A DNA stretch of 64,000 nt, from the NCBI GenBank assembly GCA_963665115.1, contig OY762007.1:8224001-8288000 (forward strand), written 5' to 3'. The notes beneath the pieces were generated by a model that saw nothing but the letters and a program-made list of their open reading frames with translations, had not been told where the DNA came from and did no database searches. The position numbers and the translations under genes are program-made. The DNA comes from an uncultured Rivularia sp. GTDB taxonomy: Bacteria; Cyanobacteriota; Cyanobacteriia; Cyanobacteriales; Nostocaceae. Shown one piece after another: positions 42,380 to 54,215 of the stretch; position 1 is the first letter of the stretch; each line of letters begins with the position of its first letter.

Positions 42380-43823
42380 AAACTCCATCATCCCCCAAGG
42401 CTCCCATCAATTCAACTTTCAACAAATTCCTCGTTTCGCTCAAACCAGCATTCAATTCCCCATATTCCTGCAACATTTCCCCTAAATCCCGATGTTTTTC
42501 TTTCTCTTGATAGGGATTTTTGATATCTAAATTGTAACCATTAGCAATAATCTCTTCTACCGAAACTTTCCAAGCAAACTCATTTTCTTCGCGGTTATCC
42601 CACCAAGCTTTCTCAACTGCAAATTCTTCTATTTTTATCGGCTTTGTTTTAGAGTAAGATTTATAACCCGCTGGGTAAGGATGTTCGTAATACCAAATTT
42701 CTTTTGTGGGTTTCCCTTTAGTAAAAAACAATAAATTAGTTTTTATGCTTGTATAAGGATTAAATACACCGTTAGGCAACCTGACAATTGTATGTAAATT
42801 GCATTCACTTAACAACTTTTCTTTAATTCGCGTTTTCACACCTTCACCAAATAGCGTACCGTCGGGTAAAACAATTCCCGCTCTACCGCCATCTATTAAA
42901 AGATGCATAATTAAAACTAAAAATAAATCCGCCGTTTCTTTAGTACGATAGCTACTAGGAAAATTAGTTTCAATTCCGTCTTCTTCCTTGCCACCAAACG
43001 GCGGATTAGTAACAATAATATCAACCTTTTCATGAGGTTTGTAATCTCGTAACGGACGCGCTAAAGTGTTATCGTGACGAATTTCCGGCACTTCCACCTC
43101 ATGCAATAACATATTAGTAATACACAGCAAATGCGGTAAAGGTTTTTTCTCCACCCCAGCAATTAATCGCTGTAATTTTTCCTTCTCCTCAACAGTTTTT
43201 ACCTGCTTTTTCAAATATTCCAAAGCGCAAGTTAAAAAACCACCAGTGCCGCAAGCAGGATCTAAAATTCTCTCACCCAAACGCGGATTTAACATATCCA
43301 CCATAAACTGCGTGACAGCGCGAGGAGTATAATATTCACCAGCATTCCCCGCGTTTTGCAAATCCTTAAGAATCTGTTCGTAAATATCGCCAAAAAGTTG
43401 TTTATCTTTAGAATTATTAAAATCAATTTCATTCAGCTTATTAATCACCTGACGCATCAAAGTGCCATTTTTCATAAAATTAAAAGCATCTTCAAAAGCA
43501 TCGCGAATAATTCTTCCTTTAGAATCAGCAACCTCATCTAAATTAAGATTTTTCAGCGTCGAAAATAGCTGATTATTCACAAAATCTAATAGCTCATCAC
43601 CCGTAATTCCCTCAGAATCAGCAGCCCAACTTCGCCACCTTAATTCATCCGGCAAAGGAGAAACATAATCATCATCAAAAATCTCGTACTCCGTTTCCCT
43701 ATCATCAAAAACCTTGAGAAAAATCATCCAAGTCAACTGAGAAATGCGTTGAGCATCGCCGTCAACACCTTCATCAATACGCATGATATCTTGGATAGTT
43801 TTTACAGTAGTGCTGATAGACAT
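42378..43823 (-). CDS. hsdM: Type I R-M N6-adenine methyltransferase
   Basis: GEYYTPR, DPACGTGGF (motif I), NPPF (motif IV). Confidence 0.95.
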   Translation of the reverse strand: MSISTTVKTIQDIMRIDEGVDGDAQRISQLTWMIFLKVFDDRETEYEIFDDDYVSPLPDELRWRSWAADSEGITGDELLDFVNNQLFSTLKNLNLDEVADSKGRIIRDAFEDAFNFMKNGTLMRQVINKLNEIDFNNSKDKQLFGDIYEQILKDLQNAGNAGEYYTPRAVTQFMVDMLNPRLGERILDPACGTGGFLTCALEYLKKQVKTVEEKEKLQRLIAGVEKKPLPHLLCITNMLLHEVEVPEIRHDNTLARPLRDYKPHEKVDIIVTNPPFGGKEEDGIETNFPSSYRTKETADLFLVLIMHLLIDGGRAGIVLPDGTLFGEGVKTRIKEKLLSECNLHTIVRLPNGVFNPYTSIKTNLLFFTKGKPTKEIWYYEHPYPAGYKSYSKTKPIKIEEFAVEKAWWDNREENEFAWKVSVEEIIANGYNLDIKNPYQEKEKHRDLGEMLQEYGELNAGLSETRNLLKVELMGALGDDGV

Positions 43824-43848
43824 AGTTTGGGGAGTTAGGAGTTAGGAG

Positions 43849-43963
43849 TGTAGAGACGTAGCACTGCTACGTCTCCAACAATGTGAAAGCATCATTTCAT
43901 ATTGTGTTTAGCAACGTCAAATTTTATCAAGATGCGTTGCGCTGTCGCGACAACACACCCTAC
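43849..43963. repeat. REP-like hairpins (TGTAGAGACGTAGCACTGCTACGTCTCCA and ...CACACCCTAC)
   Basis: Palindromes between hsdM and hsdR; similar hairpin at 46518-46543. Confidence 0.65.
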
Positions 43964-43972
43964 ATTAATAAA

Positions 43973-46312
43973 TCACGCCACCCGATAAAGCTCATTTTTC
44001 AATTCTTTCAAAGCTGCTAAATACTGCTTTTTCCCACCAAAAGATTCAATAATCTCCATCGGTGTTGCTAATTCTGTAAACGGTTGAACTTTCAAAACTG
44101 CCATTCCTTCAATCTCTTCTATTCCTTCGGATGCGTATTTATCTAATAATGCATTTAAGACTGCTTTGGCTTTTTTTTCGTATTTACTAAAATAATCACT
44201 TTTACAAACCTTCTGAGCGCGTTGTTTTCTGCTTAATGCTGGTTTATCAAATGCTACGTGACAAATCAGATCGAAGCAATCGAATTCTTTTCCAACTTCT
44301 GCTTCTAAGGCTTCAAATAAAACCCCTTGCTCTTGCAATTCGTTGATAATTGCTTGCTTTTTATCTGAGTTATTCCAGCGTCGTAAAAAGTCATCTAAAG
44401 AAGCATATTCTTGATTAACTGTTTTGCGGGTATAGTCTTTCAAAGATTCTGTAATTAACTTACCATCTTTACCGTAATATTGAACTCGCTCTGCTATAAC
44501 TGAAACCTTGACATCATCAACTACATATTTTGTCCGCTTTTCTGCTGCTATTTTATTTTTGGAGGATTTTTCGCTTCCATATTTTAATTCGCTTTCTTCT
44601 ACTGGTACAATAGATTGATTTAAATCGGGTTCGTAAATCTGTACTGGTTCGCCATCAAAATCTGGATCTGCAAATAGTTCTGTAGCTTTTTTAAAGTCTA
44701 TAATTGTAAAGTAGGACTTACCATACTCCTCATTAATTCTAGTTCCCCTACCGATAATCTGCTTAAACTCAGTCATCGACTGAATGCGTCTATCTAAAAC
44801 TATTAATTTACAGGTTTGAGCATCAACTCCCGTTGTCATCAATTTAGAAGTAGTTGCAATTACGGGATATTTACTCTCTGGTAAAATAAAGTTATCTAAT
44901 TCTTCTTTTCCTTCCTTCTCATCGCCAGTAATCCGCATTACGTATTTGCGATTTTGCAGTACTAAATCGGCATTTTCATTTACCAAAGCTTGACGCATTC
45001 TTTCTGCATGGTCGATATCTTCACAGAATACAATAGTTTTAGCAAATCTATCAGTTTTCTTCAAAAACTCGCTGACTCTCTTCGCAACTAATTCCGTGCG
45101 CTTCTCTAAAACTAAACTGCGATCGATATCCTTTTGATTGTAAATTCTGTCTTCTATTTCTTGACCATATTTATCTAATTGTCCCACATTTGGTCGCCAT
45201 CCCGATAAATCTTTATCAATATCAACCCGAATTACTTTATAAGGAGCTAAAAACCCATCTTCAATACCTTGTTTCAGCGAATAAGTATAGATTGGTTCGC
45301 CAAAATAATCAATATTAGATACTTCCTTGGTTTCTTTTGGTGTCGCAGTCAAACCAACTTGCGTAGCGCTACTAAAATACTCTAAAATCTCTCGCCAAGC
45401 CGAATCTTCCCCAGCGCTTCCCCGGTGACATTCATCGATAATTATTAAATCAAAAAAGTCAGCAGAAAACTGTTTATAAATATTCTTTACTTCCTCATTC
45501 CCCGACACCCCTTGATAAAGCGCCAAAAAAATCTCATAAGACTTATCAACATGACGTTTACTAATCTTAGTCATCGCCTTCCCAAAAGGTTTAAAATCGT
45601 TAGTCTTGGTTTGATCGATTAAAATATTTCTGTCAGCTAAAAATAAAATTCGTTTTTTAGTACGCGATTTCCATAACCGCCAAATAATCTGAAAAGCCGT
45701 GAAAGTCTTTCCCGTGCCAGTAGCCATCACTAATAATATTCTGTTTTTACCAAGAGCGATCGCCTCAATTGTACGGTTAATTGCCGTCAGTTGATAGTAG
45801 CGCGGCTTCTTCCCACTACCATCGGAATAATAATCTTGAGTAACAATTTTGAGCTTATCTTCCCCAATCCCCTTCCACAGACAATAACGCCGCCATAATT
45901 CCTGCGGCGAAGGGAAATTTTCCAGACTCAATTCTTGCTCAACTTTACCAGTTATCCCAGTAAAATCATGCTCTAAAAAAGCATCGCCATTTGAGCTATA
46001 AGCAAAGGGAATATCAAGTATCTCGGCATAACTCAAAGCCTGCTGCATCCCGCTTCCAACACTATGTTTATTATCCTTCGCTTCAATTACAGCAATCGGA
46101 ATATTCGGTTTATAGTAAAGAATATAGTCAGCGCGTTTCCTTTCACCCCTGCTAGTTAACTTACCGCGCACTAAAACTTTACCCTTAGTAAAACTTACCT
46201 CTTGACGGATTTGAAAAGATTTTATATCCCAACCAGCTTCTTCCAAAGCCGGGGTAATATATTTAGTACAAATATCCTGCTCGCTCAAAGACTTCTTATT
46301 AAATGCAGCCAT
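43973..46312 (-). CDS. hsdR: Type I restriction enzyme R subunit (EcoAI-like)
   Basis: ADYIL...IEAK nuclease motif, [26 protein letters not shown]. Confidence 0.95.
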   Translation of the reverse strand: MAAFNKKSLSEQDICTKYITPALEEAGWDIKSFQIRQEVSFTKGKVLVRGKLTSRGERKRADYILYYKPNIPIAVIEAKDNKHSVGSGMQQALSYAEILDIPFAYSSNGDAFLEHDFTGITGKVEQELSLENFPSPQELWRRYCLWKGIGEDKLKIVTQDYYSDGSGKKPRYYQLTAINRTIEAIALGKNRILLVMATGTGKTFTAFQIIWRLWKSRTKKRILFLADRNILIDQTKTNDFKPFGKAMTKISKRHVDKSYEIFLALYQGVSGNEEVKNIYKQFSADFFDLIIIDECHRGSAGEDSAWREILEYFSSATQVGLTATPKETKEVSNIDYFGEPIYTYSLKQGIEDGFLAPYKVIRVDIDKDLSGWRPNVGQLDKYGQEIEDRIYNQKDIDRSLVLEKRTELVAKRVSEFLKKTDRFAKTIVFCEDIDHAERMRQALVNENADLVLQNRKYVMRITGDEKEGKEELDNFILPESKYPVIATTSKLMTTGVDAQTCKLIVLDRRIQSMTEFKQIIGRGTRINEEYGKSYFTIIDFKKATELFADPDFDGEPVQIYEPDLNQSIVPVEESELKYGSEKSSKNKIAAEKRTKYVVDDVKVSVIAERVQYYGKDGKLITESLKDYTRKTVNQEYASLDDFLRRWNNSDKKQAIINELQEQGVLFEALEAEVGKEFDCFDLICHVAFDKPALSRKQRAQKVCKSDYFSKYEKKAKAVLNALLDKYASEGIEEIEGMAVLKVQPFTELATPMEIIESFGGKKQYLAALKELKNELYRVA

Positions 46313-46722
46313 ATTATTTTTTAAAAGATATATTTACGCAGATATTCAAGGAATTATTAATACTCCTAGTATCTGTTTTAACTTTTAATCATGTAAATAT
46401 AAATACGCTGCGATGACAAATTGAAACTTAATGGTACGTTTGATTAATTTTGATGGCTAAACCTTTTGGTAGTTGATTGCATAAATGCTGAAGGGTTCGT
46501 TTTGCTCGCAAACTTGGGGAGACGTAAAATTTTACGTCTCTACAACCCGTCAAAACGAATGTAATTAGCTGGTAGTGCGAGCATCTTGCTCGCTAGTTCT
46601 AAATAGTTGCTCTTTAATTACAACCAGGGAGCGAGACGCTCCCACTACTTCTTGCCCATAAAAACTAACAAAACGCACTCACCAGTAGTGAAATGCGCTG
46701 TATAAGCTATTTATTTTAAAAG

Positions 46723-46796
46723 GGCGACCGATGGGACTCGAACCCACGAATGGAGATACCACAAACCTCTGCCTTAACCACTTGGCTACGATCGCC
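46723..46796 (-). tRNA. trnH: tRNA-His(GUG)
   Basis: GCGATCG/CGGTCGC acceptor stem with G-1 and C73, anticodon arm GAGGT-TTGTGGT-ATCTC, GTTCGAG T-loop; CCA not encoded. Confidence 0.95.
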
Positions 46797-46916
46797 ATAT
46801 TTATCTTGTTAATAACTATAGCAGATGATAAATGAATTTATCAAGCATTTTTTTGGAACGGACTCAGATAATCTAGAGTCTAGTAGTCAAATAGTTAATT
46901 TTTATATTTATAGATA

Positions 46917-47297
46917 ATGAAAGTTGTAAGTATTGCTGCATATACTGGAGCCGCCGTATTAATTGCGTTAGGAGTAGCAATGGCAGCTACAAATCCATCG
47001 CGAGTCGAGTACGAGGACTATGCTACTGGGCGGTTGAGCGAGTATCTAAAAGAACAGGGATGCAGTAAAACCCCAAACTTATTAGACAATTTAATCAAAT
47101 TCAACTGTGCAAAGTTGATAGATTCAGCCAACCCTCAAATTAAGCAGATAGTTAAAGCATCTACCCAAAAACACGATTATCTTTTGTTTAGCGTTTACCA
47201 TACGGAGCTACAAATAAATTCTCTTATACCTTCATATAAATTCGAGACTGTAGCAGCTTTAGATAACTTCTTCACTTATAAAGCGGAAAAACAATAG
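46917..47297 (+). CDS. DUF4359 domain protein
   Basis: N-terminal TM, ATNPS...YEDYA, YLLFSVYHTEL. Confidence 0.7.
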   Translation: MKVVSIAAYTGAAVLIALGVAMAATNPSRVEYEDYATGRLSEYLKEQGCSKTPNLLDNLIKFNCAKLIDSANPQIKQIVKASTQKHDYLLFSVYHTELQINSLIPSYKFETVAALDNFFTYKAEKQ

Positions 47298-47319
47298 TTG
47301 GGGATGGGGATTGAGCATG

Positions 47320-47383
47320 GGTAATTGGTAATTGGTAATTGGTAATTGGTAATTGGTAATTGGTAATTGGTAATTGGTAATTG
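47320..47383. repeat. GGTAATT heptamer tandem repeat
   Basis: About 9 visible units. Confidence 0.9.
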
Positions 47384-47509
47384 ATGAGTAGTTAGTGGAA
47401 GCATCTTACTTCCCCCTCTACCCCCTCCTAACTCCTAACTTTTAAACACGGTAGTCAAAATTGGGAATACTTAATTTAATAATTCCCTTTTAGAAGCGCC
47501 GATATAAGA

Positions 47510-48931
47510 ATGAGTTACTGTACAAATACTAACTGCTTGTCTCCGCAAAACCTTGATACGGCTATTTTTTGCACGAGTTGCGGTAAAAAACTGCTACTTA
47601 AAGAACGTTATCTTCCCCTTCATATTATTGGACAAGGTGGTTTTGGTAGAACTTTTTTAGCTACGGATGAATACATTCCTTCCAAAGCTAAATGCGTTAT
47701 TAAACAACTTTATTTTTCTCAGACAGAAGCAAATTATTTTAATCCGAAGCTGGTAGAGTTATTTCGTCAAGAAGCGATTCGTTTAGATGATTTGGGACAA
47801 CATCCACAGATACCGCAACTTCTGGCACATTTTGAACAAGACGAACAACTTTATTTGGTGCAAGAATGGGTTGCAGGAAATTCATTAATGGAAGAAATTC
47901 AACAGCAAGGAGTTTTCGGGGAAGCTCAAATTAGGCTGTTGCTGCAAGAGTTATTACCAGTATTGCAATTTATCCATTCCCAAAACATCATTCATAGAGA
48001 TATAAAACCAGCAAATATTATGCGGGGATGTCTCATTAAAAATACTAAAACATCAAATACTAAAACACCAAACTCAAATCTGGTTTTAATTGATTTCGGA
48101 ATTGCAAAACATCTTAGTAATACAGCATTGCAGCAAACAGGTACGAAAATAGGAACTCCAGAATATATGGCTCCCGAACAAATACGAGGTAAGGCATTAC
48201 CAGCTAGCGATATCTACAGTTTGGGAGTCACCTGCATTTATTTATTAACTGGTATTTCACCTTTTGATTTGTTTGATGTTTCTACTGATAATTGGGTATG
48301 GCGAGATTATTTACTACCGGAAAATAAAGTAAGTACTCGCTTGGGTAAAATATTGGATAGAATGCTACAAAATTCACTTCCTCAACGCTATAAACAAGCA
48401 AATAATATTTTGCAAGTACTATCGCGTCACTCTGAATCGCATCTAAAAAACTTCGATTTAGCTGTAATCGAGACTAAAGATATAAAAGTCAAAATTGATT
48501 ATACTCAATTGCGAGATTTACTAAAAAAAGGAAAATGGCAACAAGCAGATAGAGAAACTTGGAAAATTATGTGTCTTTCTCTATCAAAGCCAATCGGAAC
48601 TTATTTATTTAAAAGTGATATTGAAAATTTACCCGACGATGATTTACTAATAATTGACAAATTGTGGACGAGATACAGTAAAGGACACTTTGGTTTCAGC
48701 GTACAAAAAGAAATATATGACAGCGTAGAAGCTGATTACGTTCAATTTTGCGGAATTGTTGGTTGGGCAACCTATAATTCTTTAGATTCAGCAAATTCAG
48801 ATTATTATTACAGCTTAAAAGCCCCCATAGGTCATTTACCTACACGCACTTGGATGGGTGGTTCTCAATGGTGGCGACACGCTGATACATTTGCCGCTAA
48901 GTTGGACAATCTTGGAGGGGTGATGTCTTGA
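47510..48931 (+). CDS. Ser/Thr protein kinase with 4-Cys prefix and C-terminal GUN4-like domain
   Basis: GQGGFG, HRDIKPAN, DFG, APE; DYTQLRDLL...WQQADRET...GHFGFSVQ...GHLP. Confidence 0.9.
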   Translation: MSYCTNTNCLSPQNLDTAIFCTSCGKKLLLKERYLPLHIIGQGGFGRTFLATDEYIPSKAKCVIKQLYFSQTEANYFNPKLVELFRQEAIRLDDLGQHPQIPQLLAHFEQDEQLYLVQEWVAGNSLMEEIQQQGVFGEAQIRLLLQELLPVLQFIHSQNIIHRDIKPANIMRGCLIKNTKTSNTKTPNSNLVLIDFGIAKHLSNTALQQTGTKIGTPEYMAPEQIRGKALPASDIYSLGVTCIYLLTGISPFDLFDVSTDNWVWRDYLLPENKVSTRLGKILDRMLQNSLPQRYKQANNILQVLSRHSESHLKNFDLAVIETKDIKVKIDYTQLRDLLKKGKWQQADRETWKIMCLSLSKPIGTYLFKSDIENLPDDDLLIIDKLWTRYSKGHFGFSVQKEIYDSVEADYVQFCGIVGWATYNSLDSANSDYYYSLKAPIGHLPTRTWMGGSQWWRHADTFAAKLDNLGGVMS

Positions 48932-49144
48932 GGTGTTTGATTTTGCTTAGCTAATACTTCGCCATAGCGCGTTATGAGCAGTGAGGGGAGTGCGAGCATC
49001 TTGCTCGCTAAGGGTGACTATAATTGCTGATTTGTAATTCGGTAATTAGCGAGCCTCTCGCTCGCACTACGAATTTATTGCCCCACAAAATTAATGCGAT
49101 TAAGAGATTTTCAATCCCTGGCTGATTTGCTGACGAAAACCGCC

Positions 49145-49984
49145 TCACTCAACAAACTTACCCCGCGCTTCTTGAGTTGAATGCAATATTTGCTCTAAAC
49201 TCACCCAATCTTCTCGCTCAATCAATTTAACCAATTCATCAAGATTCTCGCGATACTTTTGCAGCGACATTAGCAAAGCTTCTCGATTGTACTTTGCCAT
49301 CATCACCCCTAATTCCGGATTTCCCCCACCGACGCGAGATGTATCGCGAAAACCGGAACTAGCAAATTTTTGAGCTAGCTGATGAACCGTTAAATCGGTT
49401 TCTTTTTCGCAAGCCCCAATCAAAGAAGCACTTGCCATTACGGGTAAATGAGAAATTAAGCTAACTGCTTTATCGTGTTCCTCTGGGGAGCAGTAATGAA
49501 TGTTAACCCCTAACTGAATAATCAGATTTTCAATAACTGCGATCGCCGTTGTCGGGGTCGTATTTATCGGTGTAAGTACGTAGGGCTTATTGTTAAATAA
49601 ATTAGAACGCGCAGCTTCTATACCAGAATCGGTACTACCCGCCATTGGATGTCCCCCGACGAAATTTTCCCACACGGATGAAATGCCTTTCACGATAGGG
49701 GTTTTCACCGAACCAACATCAGTTATTACACAAGAACTTGGTAAATAAGCAATCAATTGCTCAAGTGTGGGAATAATAAATCCCAGAGGCGTACAAATAA
49801 ATACTACCTCTGCTTCCGACAGCAAGCTCATATTAACTGACGCTTGTGAGACAACACCCATAGAAATTGCTCTTTGAGTAGTTGAATCGCGGCGACTGAC
49901 TCCCAAAACATGATGTCCTTGCTTCTTCAAGTCTAAACCTAAAGAACCACCTATTAATCCAAGACCAACTATGCCGATTATCAT
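49145..49984 (-). CDS. tyrA: Prephenate/arogenate dehydrogenase
   Basis: IGIVGLGLIGGS, DVGSVK, GGHPMAG, SHLP, GFRDTSR; start taken at MIIGIV. Confidence 0.92.
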   Translation of the reverse strand: MIIGIVGLGLIGGSLGLDLKKQGHHVLGVSRRDSTTQRAISMGVVSQASVNMSLLSEAEVVFICTPLGFIIPTLEQLIAYLPSSCVITDVGSVKTPIVKGISSVWENFVGGHPMAGSTDSGIEAARSNLFNNKPYVLTPINTTPTTAIAVIENLIIQLGVNIHYCSPEEHDKAVSLISHLPVMASASLIGACEKETDLTVHQLAQKFASSGFRDTSRVGGGNPELGVMMAKYNREALLMSLQKYRENLDELVKLIEREDWVSLEQILHSTQEARGKFVE

Positions 49985-50005
49985 ACTTAATTTTAATAAG
50001 AGGGC

Positions 50006-50145
50006 ATGGGGGGAGGGGGGAGAGGGGGGAGAGGGGGGAGAGGGGGAAGAATAAATAATTATTCTCAATTACCAATTACCAATTACCAATTACCAATTAC
50101 CAATGCCCAATTCCCAATTCACCATTTCCAATTCCCCATTCCCAT
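50006..50145. repeat. GGGGGAGAG 9-mers then CCAATTA heptamers
   Basis: Visible tandem repeats. Confidence 0.8.
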
Positions 50146-50212
50146 TTATGAATTAGATATTACTTAATTTCCGCATGATTTAGCAATTATTAAAAAATCA
50201 GAGGTAGCATCG

Positions 50213-51778
50213 ATGACTGTAGAGGAATTATTGGAAAAATACGCGAAGGGATTTACCGATTTTAGCGGTATTGAACTTCCTGAAGCTAATTTATGTGGGG
50301 TCAAACTCAGTGGTGTGGATTTTAGTTATGCTAATTTAAGCATAGTAAATTTTAGTGGCGCTAATCTTACTAAAGCTAATTTAAGCTACGCTCAACTTAA
50401 TGTTGCAAGACTTAGTGGCGCTCACCTTGAAGGTGCAAATCTTTATAAAGCTAGTTTGAATGTAGCTAATTTGATTCGAGCTAATTTGAATAATGCTCAG
50501 TTAGTTAAAGCTTCTTTAATACGAGGTGAATTAATTCGTGCTGATTTCAGTCGCGCTAATTTATTAGAAGCTAACTTGAGTAATGCTGATTTGCGCGAAG
50601 CTACACTTCGTCATGCTGTTTTACGAGACGCTAATTTAAATCAAGCTTGTTTTAGAGGTGCGTCTTTAGTCGCAGCTAATTTGGAACGAGCGACTTTGAA
50701 TGCTACCGATTTAGCTCGTGCTGACTTAAGCGGTGCTAACTTGCGAGAAGCCGAACTTCGTCAGGTGACTATGTTTCGCGCTAACCTTAGCGGTGCAAAT
50801 CTCAGCGATGCGAATCTTCGATGGGCTGATTTGAGAGGTGCAAATTTACAATGGGCAGATTTAAGCGGTGCTAAATTAAGCGGTGCAAATTTGGCTGGTG
50901 CCGATTTAAGCAATGCGAATTTAACTAATACAAGTTTCGTTCATACCGATTTAACTGAAGCAAAATTAGTTAAGGCTGAATGGGTTGGTGCAGATTTAAC
51001 TGGAGCAACTTTAACCGGCGCAAAACTTTATGGTACCTCCCGATTTGGCTTAAAAACCGATCTGTTGGTTTGTGAATGGGTGGATTTGAGCGAAAAAGGC
51101 GATCGCTCTATTATTCATCATTTGAATGCTGAGGATTCGGGAGATTTTTTCAACGAAACTCCGCCAACTATTCGTATAATTATAGACAGACCTTTAGATC
51201 CAGAAGCAAATTTTGCTTTAGCGGGTGCCTATTTTCAAATTACTCAAAAATATCAAGGATTAAAACAACCTCCTAGCATGGAAATTGGTCGCCGTCGCAC
51301 AGTTTTTACTTTCCGTGCCGACAGTGATGAAAGTTTATTTCCTATTGCTTATATGGCAATTCTTCCCTTTCGAGATGCCGCTGCTACCCAAAAAAGTATA
51401 TATATGGCAATAGAGATGCTTGCCAGCCAAGATACAAAAGGTGATCTAATTAACATTCAACAAATGCAGCAATTAACTAATTTATTGGAGCAAGCAAAAG
51501 AGAATACAATCCTTATCAAAGATGCCACAAAGATTTTAGGCATTGCAGCAAAGTTAAACTTTTTTCAAGCTCCTACGCAAACAGTTTTAACAAATTCTAG
51601 CGCTAAAAATTTAATTATTTACGACAGCCCAAGTTTTGGGAAAAGATTAATTGATCATCCCCAAATAGAAGATTTTTCATATGAACATGAAGATGAATTC
51701 AGCGAACTTTCTAAATCCAGGCAACCATCTTTAAATATGATTGTAGATTTCTTTAAAGGGTTTCATTATATTAACTAA
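50213..51778 (+). CDS. Pentapeptide repeat protein
   Basis: Long A(D/N)Lxx array plus C-terminal domain. Confidence 0.92.
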   Translation: MTVEELLEKYAKGFTDFSGIELPEANLCGVKLSGVDFSYANLSIVNFSGANLTKANLSYAQLNVARLSGAHLEGANLYKASLNVANLIRANLNNAQLVKASLIRGELIRADFSRANLLEANLSNADLREATLRHAVLRDANLNQACFRGASLVAANLERATLNATDLARADLSGANLREAELRQVTMFRANLSGANLSDANLRWADLRGANLQWADLSGAKLSGANLAGADLSNANLTNTSFVHTDLTEAKLVKAEWVGADLTGATLTGAKLYGTSRFGLKTDLLVCEWVDLSEKGDRSIIHHLNAEDSGDFFNETPPTIRIIIDRPLDPEANFALAGAYFQITQKYQGLKQPPSMEIGRRRTVFTFRADSDESLFPIAYMAILPFRDAAATQKSIYMAIEMLASQDTKGDLINIQQMQQLTNLLEQAKENTILIKDATKILGIAAKLNFFQAPTQTVLTNSSAKNLIIYDSPSFGKRLIDHPQIEDFSYEHEDEFSELSKSRQPSLNMIVDFFKGFHYIN

Positions 51779-52113
51779 AAATTAAAAATTAAAAATTGGG
51801 AATAGGGCATTTGGCATAGGTCATGGGGCATAGGGCAATGACCTTGAGGTATAGAGTTATCACTTGAATATTTCATTCTTTATAGATATGTTTTATTCTC
51901 AATATTTGTTTAAGTTTAAATCATAGTAACTATATAATTCTTAAATAATTGCTTAATTTCCATAAATTATCACAACGAATATAGCGTCACTATATCAATT
52001 GCAAATTTATTAAAGAAAGTTAAAAAATAATAAGATCCAATTCCCCATGCCCAATTCCCAATCCCCACTTCATAATAGTATTGATTCAATGATATATACA
52101 GGAGCAGTTCGGA

Positions 52114-52695
52114 ATGTTCAATAAAATGATGGGTCGTACCCGCTATGTAGTTTGTCGAGTTATGCTGCATCTAAGTGGTTCGGAAGTTGCACCTATTTTA
52201 GGAGTATTAAACCGTAGCGCCAGGGAGGCGATGGATTCCGATGGTGATATGGAGGTTATGGGAGAACAATTAGTTTCAATTTGTCAAACCCTATTGCAGA
52301 ACGATGATTCTTGGATGTCTGCTGCTAATGAAGGTGATGTATTTTGGAAGGAAGGAGATGCAGGAGACTACGTTGAAGAATTATTTACCGACTCAGCACA
52401 ACGTTATTTAAGCGAACCATCATCCGACTATTCCGACTCTGACGAATCTTTTTCTGTCCCCGTAACCCGCAACATAGTAGTTATGATTACTGTGGCTTAT
52501 GAAGGAGAAGTAGCTGAATTAGAAGAGGATTTGTCAAATATTACCGCTCTCCAAGAAGCTTTGAAGGCTTTAATTAGTCTAAATTATAAAGATACATTAC
52601 GAGCAATACGGATACACTTCTCGCCAGCACAGTTAGGTGATGAACTTACTAACGACCAATTATTACAGCATTTTACAGAATTGATACCTTTGTAG
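52114..52695 (+). CDS. DUF1517 domain protein
   Basis: Family recalled from LFTDSAQRYL...VVMITVA...FSPA..GDELT..QLL..F.ELIPL pattern. Confidence 0.7.
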   Translation: MFNKMMGRTRYVVCRVMLHLSGSEVAPILGVLNRSAREAMDSDGDMEVMGEQLVSICQTLLQNDDSWMSAANEGDVFWKEGDAGDYVEELFTDSAQRYLSEPSSDYSDSDESFSVPVTRNIVVMITVAYEGEVAELEEDLSNITALQEALKALISLNYKDTLRAIRIHFSPAQLGDELTNDQLLQHFTELIPL

Positions 52696-52760
52696 AGGTC
52701 AAAGGTCAAAGCTTAAAGGTTAAAGGTTAAAAGTAATAATTAATACCTTTCCCCAATTAT

Positions 52761-52968
52761 CTCCCTACTTCTAACTCTTAACTCCTAACTCTCTACTCCC
52801 TACTCCCTACTCCCTACTTCCTACTCTCTACTCCCTACTCCCTACTCCCTACTCCCTACTCCCTACTCCCTACTTCCTACTCTCTACTCCCTACTCCCTA
52901 CTCCCTACTCCCTACTCCCTACTCTCTACTCCCTACTCCCTACTCCCTACTCCCTACTCCCTACTCCC
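52761..52968. repeat. CTCCCTA heptamer tandem repeat (STRR type)
   Basis: More than 20 visible units with variants. Confidence 0.92.
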
Positions 52969-53052
52969 CATATCATAAAAGTCGGTTCTCCGTACCGATC
53001 GCGATCGGAAAGAAGTTGTTAAGCTCAAAGATAGAAGAAAAATTATCAAATT

Positions 53053-54006
53053 ATGACAATTTTGCGTAAATTTACAGCGGTTTTTTTAGCCTTGAGTTTG
53101 TGTTTTACAACAGTTGCTTGTGGTGGTGGAACTACAACAAGCACCCCGCAAGCTAGAAATGTAACTCGAACTACAACCAACACCAGAATCAGTGATGGTG
53201 AATATCCCGTACAGCAAGCTAGTTACAACGATGCTGATGGAGAATACACGCTATTTTTGTTAAATAGCCCTACTCCAACTTTTAAAACTGATAAGTTGCA
53301 AATGGCTCGCCTTACCGAAGAGCAAATCAAAGAAGGTAAAAATAGCTATTTAAAAGTTGAAAGCGGACAGCCCGCACTTTATTTAACACCAGACTTTAAA
53401 ATCGAATACACTCAAAACGTTACCGAAACAAAAACCGACCCCGGTACCGGAGAACAACGAACAGTTGTAGTGCAGCGAAACAACGGCTTCTGGGCACCTT
53501 TCGCTGGTGCGATCGCCGGTCAAGCAATCGGTAGTATGTTGTTCAGACCCCAGTATTACGTACCACCCGCATATCAGCCGGGAAGGACTAGCTATACTGG
53601 TTTTGGTGGATATGGCAGCAGCTATAGCGGAGCAGTCGATAATTATCGCCAACGCTACAACGAACCACCAGCAGCAGTCAGAAACCGTACCACTTTCCGC
53701 ACCACAGGAAACGTTAGAAGAAGAAATACTGGAACTGGAAGCTCAGGTTTCGGAAGCACTACTCGAAGAAATCCCGGAAGATCGGGTTTCGGAAGTAGTA
53801 CCCGCACCACTCCCCGTACAAGCACTGGTAACAGTCGCTCTACAGGTTCTGGATTCGGCAGCAGCACACTGAAGCAATCCGGAAAATCTAGGTCAGTGAG
53901 AAACCGTCCTTCCAACAGCAGTTTCGGCAGCGGAACCCGTTCTCGTTCCTCCAGAACCCGTTCTCGTAGCGGTGGTTTCGGCAGCGGCGGACGTAGAAGA
54001 CGGTAA
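53053..54006 (+). CDS. Lipoprotein with Ser/Arg/Gly-rich C-terminal tail
   Basis: Lipobox TVAC-GG; SGFGS repeats; RRRR end. Confidence 0.8.
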   Translation: MTILRKFTAVFLALSLCFTTVACGGGTTTSTPQARNVTRTTTNTRISDGEYPVQQASYNDADGEYTLFLLNSPTPTFKTDKLQMARLTEEQIKEGKNSYLKVESGQPALYLTPDFKIEYTQNVTETKTDPGTGEQRTVVVQRNNGFWAPFAGAIAGQAIGSMLFRPQYYVPPAYQPGRTSYTGFGGYGSSYSGAVDNYRQRYNEPPAAVRNRTTFRTTGNVRRRNTGTGSSGFGSTTRRNPGRSGFGSSTRTTPRTSTGNSRSTGSGFGSSTLKQSGKSRSVRNRPSNSSFGSGTRSRSSRTRSRSGGFGSGGRRRR

Positions 54007-54215
54007 ATGAAGGTTGAAGGTTAAAGGTTAAAGGTTAAAGGTCAAAGGTCAAAGGTGGGGAGTTAGGAGTTAGAAATGTAGTGGGAGCGTCTCGCTCCCT
54101 GCTCGCAACAATGTTTCTCCCCATCTACCCCATCTACCCCCTCTTCCCCCTCTCCCCCCTCTCCCCCCTCTCCCCCCTCTACCCCCTCTACCCCCTCTCC
54201 CCCCTCTACTAACAA

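Noticed and set aside
38467..46796. Integrative element at tRNA-His
   Set aside because: No integrase, and I found no duplicate of the tRNA 3' end on the far side of the R-M locus
49985..50075. N-terminal extension of tyrA (SPPSPPSP) and ORF 49833-50075
   Set aside because: Derived from GGGGGAGAG repeats; the dehydrogenase fold begins at ATG 49984
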